In this document: positions 49,402 to 56,333 of the stretch, one piece after another
How the letters are laid out: each line of letters begins with the position of its first letter
Position numbering within the stretch: position 1 is the stretch's first letter
Assembly: GCA_964496365.1 (NCBI GenBank)
Contig: CAZBZK010000002.1
Span: 1,604 to 65,603, forward strand
Length of the DNA: 64,000 bases
Source of the DNA: an uncultured bacterium
Lineage (GTDB): Bacteria > Fidelibacterota > Marinisomatia > Marinisomatales > AB-629-J13
Reading direction: 5' to 3'
Notes under the pieces: model-generated
The model's database searches: none
The model's input: the letters and a program-made list of their open reading frames with translations, nothing else
Told to the model about the DNA's origin: nothing
Program-made: the position numbers and the translations under genes

Positions 49402-52400
49402 CTATTTTCGAACAAATAATCTCAAAGAATCATCGTTTATCCCAACAAGAATGCCTATTTTATTATCTTTACCAATGTTGATCCGTTTAATATCTTTCAC
49501 ATCTTGTGGAACAAAAAAGCCACTCTGTTTAGTGGTCATTGGGTCAAGGCTATTGTCATTTCCTGTCAATATAAGCCCAATAGAGGCATCGTTCCTTGTG
49601 GTCTCTACTTCGGTTTGATACATATTACCCGCTATCAATAAATCCTTGATTTGATCATTATTAAAATCTGCACAAACGATGCCATTAATGGGCCCAATTT
49701 GAGCCAGGGTTGGTAACTTTTTAATGGAAAATCCTCCCACATTTCTTTCTAAAATAATGCTTTCAAACATTTTTGCTTCGTAATGTAAAGATTGTTGTTT
49801 GTTTTCTCCTAATATATCATCAATATTGGCATCGGCAAACGATTTGTATGTGGGAAATTTTTCTGTAATAAAGGGCATTTGTTCAGAAGAACATTCTCGT
49901 CCACGAACAGGGACCTGGTCTTCGCCATAATACTTTGCCAGCACAATATCAAAAGACCCATTTTGGTCAAAATCACTACAATATAAATGTAATGGTTTTT
50001 CAGAGGATGCGTGAAATTTATGATTTAGCCCTAAATTACCTACAATGAAATCTATATCTCCATCTCCATCATAATCTGATTTAATGATTTTGTTCCACCA
50101 ACCAACTGTATTTTCCAGGCCATAAACGGAGGTTATGTCTGAAAATATTCCTTCTCTATTTTCAAAAAATTTAATGGGCATCCATTCACCAACAGTAATT
50201 AAATCCTCATCACCATCACCATCTATATCCTCCCAAACAGCAGAAGTCACCATTCCTTGCATTGTCATCTCCAAGGAAGTATTCAGGGCTATATCTCGAA
50301 ATTGTCCTTTGTCATTTTGTAGTAAAAAACTAGGAGTTGGGTAGGGGAAATGATTGGGGAAAACTCTACCACCGACAAATAAATCCATGTCTCCGTCCCG
50401 GTCAAAATCTGCAGGAACCACACAACTTCCTGAAGATAATATTTCTGGTAATCCTTTAGATTCGAAAAAATCACCTTTCCCATCATTCAGATAAAGACGG
50501 TCTTGATAATAATTGGTTTTAGCTTCTGATTCAGTGCTGCCACTAACTACATACAAATCATTATCACCATCTCCATCCGCATCAAAAAAACAACTACCCA
50601 TATCTTCATAAATGCGGTCTTGTTTGAAAATAGATACTTCTTTTTTTATGAAATTGGTATTTGACGATTGAATATAAAGTGCACCTGATTGCTGATGTGC
50701 ACCACCAATATAAAAATCATCTAATCCATCGCCGTTGACATCAGCAACACTAATAAATGGACCCAATTGTGAAAGTTTATGAGGTAGTAAAACCTGTATT
50801 TTATAATCATCAAATTTATTTTCGGAATGTTTGAAAACGGGTTGAAAAGCATTTACTGTGACATCCTCAAATAATTGAAACTCATTTTTTTCTTCATTAT
50901 TCATGGTTATATGTATCGCATCATCATAATTAATTTGGATTAATTGATTAGTAGCTACATTCGTTCGAATAGTCCGTTTCCCATTTAGCCAAATGACCTC
51001 GATTTCATCAACTTGTGTATGTTTACCTAATCCGAAATGTGCAATATGTTCAGATGAAGATTGAAATCCACGAGTAACTTTCATCTCAAAAATCTGTTGT
51101 TGTTCAGCATATTTTATATGAATTTTTGCCCCAAGACCCGTTGAATTTTGTGGATTACCCTTGAGTGAAATTTTAAGGAAATGATTATTCAGTTTTTCTG
51201 CATTATTTCGATAGATCTGAGATGGTTCATCAAGATTATTTATCACTAAATCTAAGTCTCCATCATTATCGAAATCAGAAACAGCAGCACCCTGTGATAG
51301 AGTATAATCATCAAAGCCCCATGCATTTGATTTATCTGTGAATTTTAAATCACCCTCATTTTTGAACATAAAATTTGTGAGTTTAGTGAACGGAATTAGT
51401 TTATATAATTGAAAAATATCTATATCGTCTCCTTGCTGTTGCGCTAATGTTTTTGCTTTATCGACATAATCTTTATCATGAAAATCCCTTTTAAATCCGT
51501 TTGCTACAAAAACATCTCTTAACCCATCATTATCGAAATCAGAAAGCAAACATGCCCAACTCCAATCAGTTTCACTTAATCCTGCCATTTGAGAGACTTC
51601 ACTAAATCGGTTAATCCCACGATTAATTTGAAGCATATTGTGCATATACTGATGATGTAACCCTAATTCAAGCATTCCCTCAAATAATTGCACATTCATA
51701 GGGGCCATATTAGTCTTAGAGCGTTTATAATCTTTAGGTAACATCTCAGTAATAAATAAGTCCTCCAAACCATCGTTGTTTATATCTGCTGCATCTACGC
51801 CCATCGAATAAAAAGGAATATGACCGAAATATTCCTTTACAGCATTTGAAAATGTGCCATTTCCATTATTCAAATAAAAATAATCTGATTCTTTAAAATC
51901 ATTAGCCACATATATATCAATATAGCCATCCTGATTGAGGTCTGCTGTTATAACTCCCAATCCATGTCCGTAATTTTTGATACCAGCTTTTAGCGAAACA
52001 TCTTCGAACTTGCCATTATTATTATGGTAAAGTCGATCTCTAACTGAATATTCGGGATTATTACGTCTATCCAATCGATCTTCCAAACCCAAATTGGATT
52101 CATAAGGATGATTGGTTAAATATATATCTAAATCTCCATCATTATCATAGTCAAAAAAGGAAGCTTGTATAGAGAAACCTTCATCATTTAGCCCATATTC
52201 TGAAGCTTTTTCTTCGAAGGTTAAATCACCTTTATTTATAAATAGCTGATTGCGTCTTTGAGAGGGTGTATTGTTTTTCCAATCGGATTTGCAGGCATAA
52301 ATATCCAATAATCCATCGCCATTAACATCTACCATTGAGACCCCTGTGTACCATCCACTATCACCAGCTACATCTGCTTTGTCAGTGATATCTTCAAATT

Positions 52401-52710
52401 CAAAATTACCTTTATTTAAAAAAAGCTTATTTGGCACTTCATTACCAGTGAAATAAATATCCGATAACCCATCATTATTAATATCGCCAACTGCTACTCC
52501 ACCACCATTATATATGTAAGTAAATTTATAGTAATTTTTCTCGTATGTTTCTTGTACAGTATTAACAAAGTATAATCCTGATATTTCGGGAGGAATAAGG
52601 GAAAATAAATTTGTCTTTTGGGAGTATAGAGATTCAATTTGTGAAATAATTATTAAAGAGAAAAAGGTATTGAGATATTTCATAACTGAATATATAATTT
52701 TTGGAGTCAT
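49402..52710 (-). CDS. Secreted FG-GAP/VCBS-repeat protein with ASPIC/UnbV-type C-terminal region (CRTAC1-like)
   Basis: Signal peptide; many D-x-D/N-x-DG-x-x-D calcium-type repeats (DINNDGLSDIY, DVNGDGLLDIY, DYDNDGDLDIY, DFDNDGDLDLV, DADGDGDNDLY, DYDGDGDIDFI). 1102 aa. Confidence 0.7.
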   Translation of the reverse strand: MTPKIIYSVMKYLNTFFSLIIISQIESLYSQKTNLFSLIPPEISGLYFVNTVQETYEKNYYKFTYIYNGGGVAVGDINNDGLSDIYFTGNEVPNKLFLNKGNFEFEDITDKADVAGDSGWYTGVSMVDVNGDGLLDIYACKSDWKNNTPSQRRNQLFINKGDLTFEEKASEYGLNDEGFSIQASFFDYDNDGDLDIYLTNHPYESNLGLEDRLDRRNNPEYSVRDRLYHNNNGKFEDVSLKAGIKNYGHGLGVITADLNQDGYIDIYVANDFKESDYFYLNNGNGTFSNAVKEYFGHIPFYSMGVDAADINNDGLEDLFITEMLPKDYKRSKTNMAPMNVQLFEGMLELGLHHQYMHNMLQINRGINRFSEVSQMAGLSETDWSWACLLSDFDNDGLRDVFVANGFKRDFHDKDYVDKAKTLAQQQGDDIDIFQLYKLIPFTKLTNFMFKNEGDLKFTDKSNAWGFDDYTLSQGAAVSDFDNDGDLDLVINNLDEPSQIYRNNAEKLNNHFLKISLKGNPQNSTGLGAKIHIKYAEQQQIFEMKVTRGFQSSSEHIAHFGLGKHTQVDEIEVIWLNGKRTIRTNVATNQLIQINYDDAIHITMNNEEKNEFQLFEDVTVNAFQPVFKHSENKFDDYKIQVLLPHKLSQLGPFISVADVNGDGLDDFYIGGAHQQSGALYIQSSNTNFIKKEVSIFKQDRIYEDMGSCFFDADGDGDNDLYVVSGSTESEAKTNYYQDRLYLNDGKGDFFESKGLPEILSSGSCVVPADFDRDGDMDLFVGGRVFPNHFPYPTPSFLLQNDKGQFRDIALNTSLEMTMQGMVTSAVWEDIDGDGDEDLITVGEWMPIKFFENREGIFSDITSVYGLENTVGWWNKIIKSDYDGDGDIDFIVGNLGLNHKFHASSEKPLHLYCSDFDQNGSFDIVLAKYYGEDQVPVRGRECSSEQMPFITEKFPTYKSFADANIDDILGENKQQSLHYEAKMFESIILERNVGGFSIKKLPTLAQIGPINGIVCADFNNDQIKDLLIAGNMYQTEVETTRNDASIGLILTGNDNSLDPMTTKQSGFFVPQDVKDIKRINIGKDNKIGILVGINDDSLRLFVRK

Positions 52711-52844
52711 TTTGAAAGTAATTTTTGTATAATGAATTATTCAGTACACTAATGAAAAAAATACTCCTGAAATCGAGGAAATAAATATGGACTCAAATCA
52801 GGCTCGCCAATAAACTGAAAGGTTAACTTAAGTCAACAAACAAC

Positions 52845-52877
52845 AAAGCCTTACTCTGTGTCTAGAAATAAGGCTTT
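52845..52877 (-). terminator. Stem-loop immediately downstream of the tRNA-Pro remnant
   Basis: AAAGCCTTA, a 15-nt loop, TAAGGCTTT (9-bp perfect stem). Located 7 nt after the remnant's discriminator base. The T-tract is weak. Confidence 0.35.
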
Positions 52878-52884
52878 ATCAGTA

Positions 52885-52931
52885 TCGACGTGGCAGGATT
52901 CGAACCTGCTACCCCCTACTCCCAAATCAGG
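52885..52931 (-). pseudogene. Orphan 3' half of tRNA-Pro(UGG): anticodon loop through acceptor 3' strand and A73; no 5' half
   Basis: The minus strand reads (CCTGA)TTTGGGA-GTAGG-GGGTA-GCAGGTTCGAATCCTGC-CACGTCG-A. This gives loop UUUGGGA (anticodon UGG, G37), a perfect T arm, and G72/A73 typical of bacterial tRNA-Pro. Upstream sequence has no D arm, and no CGACGTG 5' acceptor strand was found. Confidence 0.7.
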
Positions 52932-53020
52932 ATGAATTAGTTATTTTTCTTAGCTGAAACAAATCCTTTAATTATTAAAATTAAAGGGGAAATTCACGAT
53001 TGGTTTGTGATGGTATAGTA

Positions 53021-53042
53021 AAACAATCATTCTTGATTGTTT
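53021..53042 (-). terminator. Hairpin retained at the 3' end of the T9SS-tail gene remnant
   Basis: On the minus strand: AAACAATCA-AGAA-TGATTGTTT followed by T. It overlaps the TAA stop of the remnant. Confidence 0.4.
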
Positions 53043-53208
53043 ATTTCAGCAACACCATTTTCTTAGTTTCCGTAAAACCTTGTCCCGAATTTGAAGAAGC
53101 GTCATTTGCTTGTATTTGATATAAATACACACCTGCACTGACAGGCCTGCCCATTAAGTCTGTAACATCCCAGCGGACAAACTTAAAGCCTGCTTCTGTG
53201 TTGTTTAT
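53041..53208 (-). pseudogene. Remnant of a T9SS cargo gene: only the last ~55 codons (Por_Secre_tail C-terminus) remain
   Basis: Hand translation: INNTEAGFKFVRWDVTDLMGRPVSAGVYLYQIQANDASSNSGQGFTETKKMVLLK*. It parallels the C-terminus of the giant protein (AGYKSVKWDGKDQRGLMVGGGIYFYQIKTESYFETRKMILLK*). An in-frame TAA lies directly upstream and there is no start codon. Confidence 0.7.
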
Positions 53209-53338
53209 TTAACCATTAACACGGTTGGTGAATTTTAGAGGGGATTATGAAAAGATTAACCATTTATCCAATGGTGAGTCTATTTTGATTTGTGGTTACA
53301 AACTAATTAAAAATTTTAAATCACCGGATACAAGTATG

Positions 53339-53425
53339 CGGAGAGGGAGGGATTCGAACCCTCGTTACACGTGAATGTAAACACGCTTTCCAAGCGTGCG
53401 CCTTCAGCCACTCGGCCACCTCTCC
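53339..53425 (-). tRNA. tRNA-Ser (anticodon GGA)
   Basis: Reverse complement: GGAGAGG-TG-GCCGAGTGGCTGAAGGC-G-CACGC-TTGGAAA-GCGTG, long variable arm TTTACATTCACGTGTAAC, GAGGGTTCGAATCCCTC, CCTCTCC-G. No encoded CCA. Confidence 0.9.
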
Positions 53426-53458
53426 AGAATAAATTTAGGTCGCTGAATTTTAACCTTG

Positions 53459-53544
53459 CGGAGGGGGAGGGATTTGAACCCCCGATGCCCATAGGACATG
53501 CCGGTTTTCAAGACCGGTGCATTCAGCCACTCTGCCACCCCTCC
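53459..53544 (-). tRNA. tRNA-Ser (anticodon UGA)
   Basis: Reverse complement: GGAGGGG-TG-GCAGAGTGGCTGAATGC-A-CCGGT-CTTGAAA-ACCGG, long variable arm, GGGGGTTCAAATCCCTC, CCCCTCC-G. No encoded CCA. Confidence 0.9.
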
Positions 53545-53550
53545 AAATAT

Positions 53551-53985
53551 TTATTCTTTTTGGTTCTTTTCCTGACCAATTTCTTCTGAATTTTCTTTTT
53601 CAGAAACTGCATCATCACCTATTTTGTTTTCAGGGGTTTTTTCTCCTTCTGCTGATGAATCACTGGATTGAGTCTCGATGGATTCTTCACTTGCTTGATT
53701 CTTAGGTTCAGTTACTTCAGAATCCGACGCAGTCTCTGAAGTTTCTTCCTGATCTTTAGATACCGGATCAGGTAACTCGATGTGTAATAATTTTTTTTCT
53801 TCTTCTATGCGTTTTAATGCAGCGTCTAAAGATTCACCTCCATGAAGACCAATCATTCTTTCATTAAATCGCCATTGACCTGTTTTTTCAGATTTTAAAC
53901 TGTTCACATATTTTACATATTTTACGTCAGATTTCCCTTTTTTCTTTGCAGCTTTTTCAGCGAAACTTAATTGTTTTTTAGCCAT
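53551..53985 (-). CDS. Small basic N-terminal domain (DUF4295-like?) fused to an acidic S/E-rich tail
   Basis: MAKKQLSFAEKAAKKKGKSDVKYVKYVNSLKSEKTGQWRFNERMI resembles the small Bacteroidota DUF4295 proteins (assignment from memory). The last ~70 aa are low complexity. Confidence 0.4.
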   Translation of the reverse strand: MAKKQLSFAEKAAKKKGKSDVKYVKYVNSLKSEKTGQWRFNERMIGLHGGESLDAALKRIEEEKKLLHIELPDPVSKDQEETSETASDSEVTEPKNQASEESIETQSSDSSAEGEKTPENKIGDDAVSEKENSEEIGQEKNQKE

Positions 53986-54070
53986 TTTAATTATTTCTCC
54001 TTAAAAATAGTCGGCGAATTTACTTGGAATTTATTCAAAATTCAATCAATGAGATAATTAATTACGAATT

Positions 54071-55102
54071 TCAATTTGTATTTTGATCTCTCTTCCATTT
54101 TTCAGATGCCAGCTTTCGCATATCAACAACCGAATCATGTTCATCTATTATCTCCACACCCAATAAGGTTTCGATAGCGTCTTCCAACGTAATGATCCCG
54201 GTAGTGGTTCCAAATTCATCCACCACATGGAAAATTTGTTGTCTCCTATGTACAAATTCATCCAAAATAAATGCGATGGATTCTGTCTCAGAAATGGTGT
54301 GAATTGGGTCCATTATGTCACCCATTTTTATTTCAAATTTATCTTCCGCTTGCTTTTTGACCAAATCATAACGATGAACAAATCCAATGATGGTATCAAG
54401 GTCATTTTCAAAAACCGGTATTCTTGAAAAAACAATTGGAGAGTATTTATCCATCACCTCTTTTACCGAAAGATGTTTGGACAATGCGAACACAACATTT
54501 CTCGGCGTCATAACATCCTCAGCTTTAACATCACGGAGATTCAACAAATTTTCGATTATATCCCCTTCTTTTTCTTCAATGGTACCCTCATCTTCCCCCA
54601 TTTCTGCCATAGCTAACATCTCTTCTCTAGACACTTTGGGGTCTTCATCATCTTTTACCACCCAACTGTAAAACCATTCTGAAAGATAAACTAACGGTAA
54701 CGTCACCCAAATCAATCCACGAATTGCATACGCAGCAAATCCTGATAATTTTTTCCAATAAACAGCTCCAATGGTTTTTGGAATTATTTCTGAAAATACA
54801 AGAATTGAAATCGTTAATATTGCCGACGAAATTGCAACGGCTTTACTCCCGAATATTTGAAGAGATTGGGCACCAACGCCTGCGGCTCCAACAACATTTG
54901 CAACGGTGTTCACAGTTAATATTGCCGCTAAGGGCCGATTTATATTTTCTTTCAAAGATTCCAAGATGGTTGAGCTTTTCTTGCCTTCTTTTGATTCAAT
55001 AGCAATGTGAGTTCGAGTAATCGATAATATTACCGATTCTAAAAGTGAACATAAGAATGATACAGCTAATGCCAGAGAGAAGTAAAATATTAATAACCCC
55101 AT
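54071..55102 (-). CDS. DUF21/CNNM-CBS-pair membrane protein (CorC/TlyC-type putative divalent-cation transporter)
   Basis: N-terminal 4-TM DUF21 domain (LLESVILSI, PKTIG) followed by a tandem CBS pair (VMTPRNVVFAL...VVDEFGTTTGIITLEDAIE). No CorC_HlyC C-terminal domain is apparent. Confidence 0.75.
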   Translation of the reverse strand: MGLLIFYFSLALAVSFLCSLLESVILSITRTHIAIESKEGKKSSTILESLKENINRPLAAILTVNTVANVVGAAGVGAQSLQIFGSKAVAISSAILTISILVFSEIIPKTIGAVYWKKLSGFAAYAIRGLIWVTLPLVYLSEWFYSWVVKDDEDPKVSREEMLAMAEMGEDEGTIEEKEGDIIENLLNLRDVKAEDVMTPRNVVFALSKHLSVKEVMDKYSPIVFSRIPVFENDLDTIIGFVHRYDLVKKQAEDKFEIKMGDIMDPIHTISETESIAFILDEFVHRRQQIFHVVDEFGTTTGIITLEDAIETLLGVEIIDEHDSVVDMRKLASEKWKRDQNTN

Positions 55103-55306
55103 AGTATTAAATTGACTTGTTTGTATTTTTTAAATATAAATAAGAACGGAGGTTATTTTCCGGTGGGACAATTTGATCCATTAATGTGTTTTTCGATACT
55201 TGGAATTTAATGTATTTTTTTTGTTTCTAAAAAGTGAATCTAATTTTGATAAATTTTATTAACTTATTCGTAAATTGTGTGTCTGAATAAAAAAATAACC
55301 CAAAAA

Positions 55307-55753
55307 ATGAATAAAATAATTTTTACCCAAATTGCATTGGTCAATTTATTGTTTGGAATGGAAGATCATATTTCACAATTACAATGGAATCAACATGTGT
55401 TTGGCACATGGAAAATGAGAAAAAACCACAAACCACATTCCCATTCGAAATTTATTAACCATCAAAAACAATGCAACCGATTTTCCAAAAGACATATTGA
55501 TATCCCCAAACCAAAACTGGACCATACCATCCTGATTCAAGAACTAATTTCTTTAAATAATTTAAGAATAAGTGGTATCCTTTCTTATCGAGAATATCAT
55601 CGTTCCAAAGGAAACATACTTAACAAACTATATCGATGTTCAATAAGAAAATCGCCTTCAAAATCATTAATCAATTTGATTGTTGAATTAGACCACAATA
55701 ATGGCTTAAATAACCGAGAGTTTATTCGAATAAAAAACTACTTATTAAAATAA
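55307..55753 (+). CDS. Hypothetical basic/His-rich protein with two SHOCT-like C-terminal motifs
   Basis: Likely start MNKIIFTQIALVNLLFG (the track begins at GTG 55277). LIQELISLNNLRISGILSYREYHRSKGNILNKL and LINLIVELDHNNGLNNREFIRIKNYLLK fit the L..L..L...G.I...E[FY]...K..LL pattern of SHOCT domains. Confidence 0.4.
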   Translation: MNKIIFTQIALVNLLFGMEDHISQLQWNQHVFGTWKMRKNHKPHSHSKFINHQKQCNRFSKRHIDIPKPKLDHTILIQELISLNNLRISGILSYREYHRSKGNILNKLYRCSIRKSPSKSLINLIVELDHNNGLNNREFIRIKNYLLK

Positions 55754-55771
55754 CTTCTTTCAGTTCTTCTC

Positions 55772-56293
55772 ATGCGGTATCCTAATTATGTTTCTTTACT
55801 CATCATTTTATTGTATATGGTAGGATGTGATGATGAAAAAGGATCTATCTGTTCCACTCCTGACCAGCCACGTTTTTCACTTCAGGATTTAAATCCACTA
55901 TCTGAAAGTTTCGGTGAAACGATTTCTCCTGAATTCTTTTTAGGAAAAGTCACCCTATATTATTTCCCATTTTCTGAAACTTGAGGAACGTGTAGAAACC
56001 GGTTCGGTTCATTAAATTCACTCTATTTTGATTATGGAGGATCTCAATCCGAAATCCGAATTATAGGTGTTGGAAAAAATAATAATACTCCCATTGATTC
56101 TATCATAAATAATAGACGATTATCCTATGTAAAAGATAATACCGACAACAAAGTATGGGAAACGTGGTGTCCTGAGGACAGAGATTTATTTTTTCTGGAT
56201 AAAGATGGAACTTATAATACAAAAGTTAATCTGAATACAGAATTTCCCGAAGAAAATATAAGAGAAATTATTGATTCACTTCTGGAAGAATAA
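55772..56293 (+). CDS. Thioredoxin-fold (TlpA/redoxin-like) lipoprotein with in-frame TGA at the first redox position: candidate selenoprotein, active site U-G-T-C
   Basis: The track ORF 55772..55984 ends at a TGA. The same frame continues for 102 codons to TAA 56291-56293. The N-terminus has a signal peptide plus an MVGC lipobox-like site. Fold landmarks: FSLQD, GKVTLYYFPFSET[TGA]GTC, IRIIGVG, DLFFLDKDGTY. Confidence 0.65.
55995..56010 (+). promoter_or_regulatory. Candidate bacterial SECIS hairpin
   Basis: G-(A)-AACC / GGUUC loop / GGUU-C. This is a 5-bp stem with one bulged A, starting 11 nt after the UGA, with an apical loop GGUUC at +20..+24 counted from the U of UGA. Confidence 0.45.
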
Positions 56294-56333
56294 ATGTAAC
56301 GAATTAATTTTTTTTGTACCAACTTATATTAAT

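Noticed and set aside
52964-52986. Perfect 9-bp inverted repeat CCTTTAATT-attaa-AATTAAAGG
   Set aside because: It is very AT-rich and short, and sits in a decayed intergenic region. Nothing suggests it functions as a terminator or a mobile-element end.
52711-53338. Search for tRNA-Sec (selC) or an intron-split tRNA-Pro in the only large non-coding gap
   Set aside because: There is no UCA-anticodon long-arm tRNA-like GC-rich segment. There is also no CGACGTG 5' acceptor strand or D arm that could pair with the tRNA-Pro 3' half, so a group I intron-interrupted tRNA is unlikely.
53371-53705. ORFs 53371..53589 and 53517..53705 (+)
   Set aside because: They read through the two tRNA-Ser genes and run antisense to the 53551..53985 CDS. 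They are artefacts.
55982-55984. Alternative reading of the TGA as a simple nonsense mutation (pseudogene) or as the boundary of two separate genes
   Set aside because: Not fully excluded, but it is disfavoured for four reasons. The TGA sits exactly at the CxxC first position. The downstream frame stays open for 102 codons with intact thioredoxin-fold landmarks and no independent start or RBS. A SECIS-like hairpin follows. selA and selB are present.
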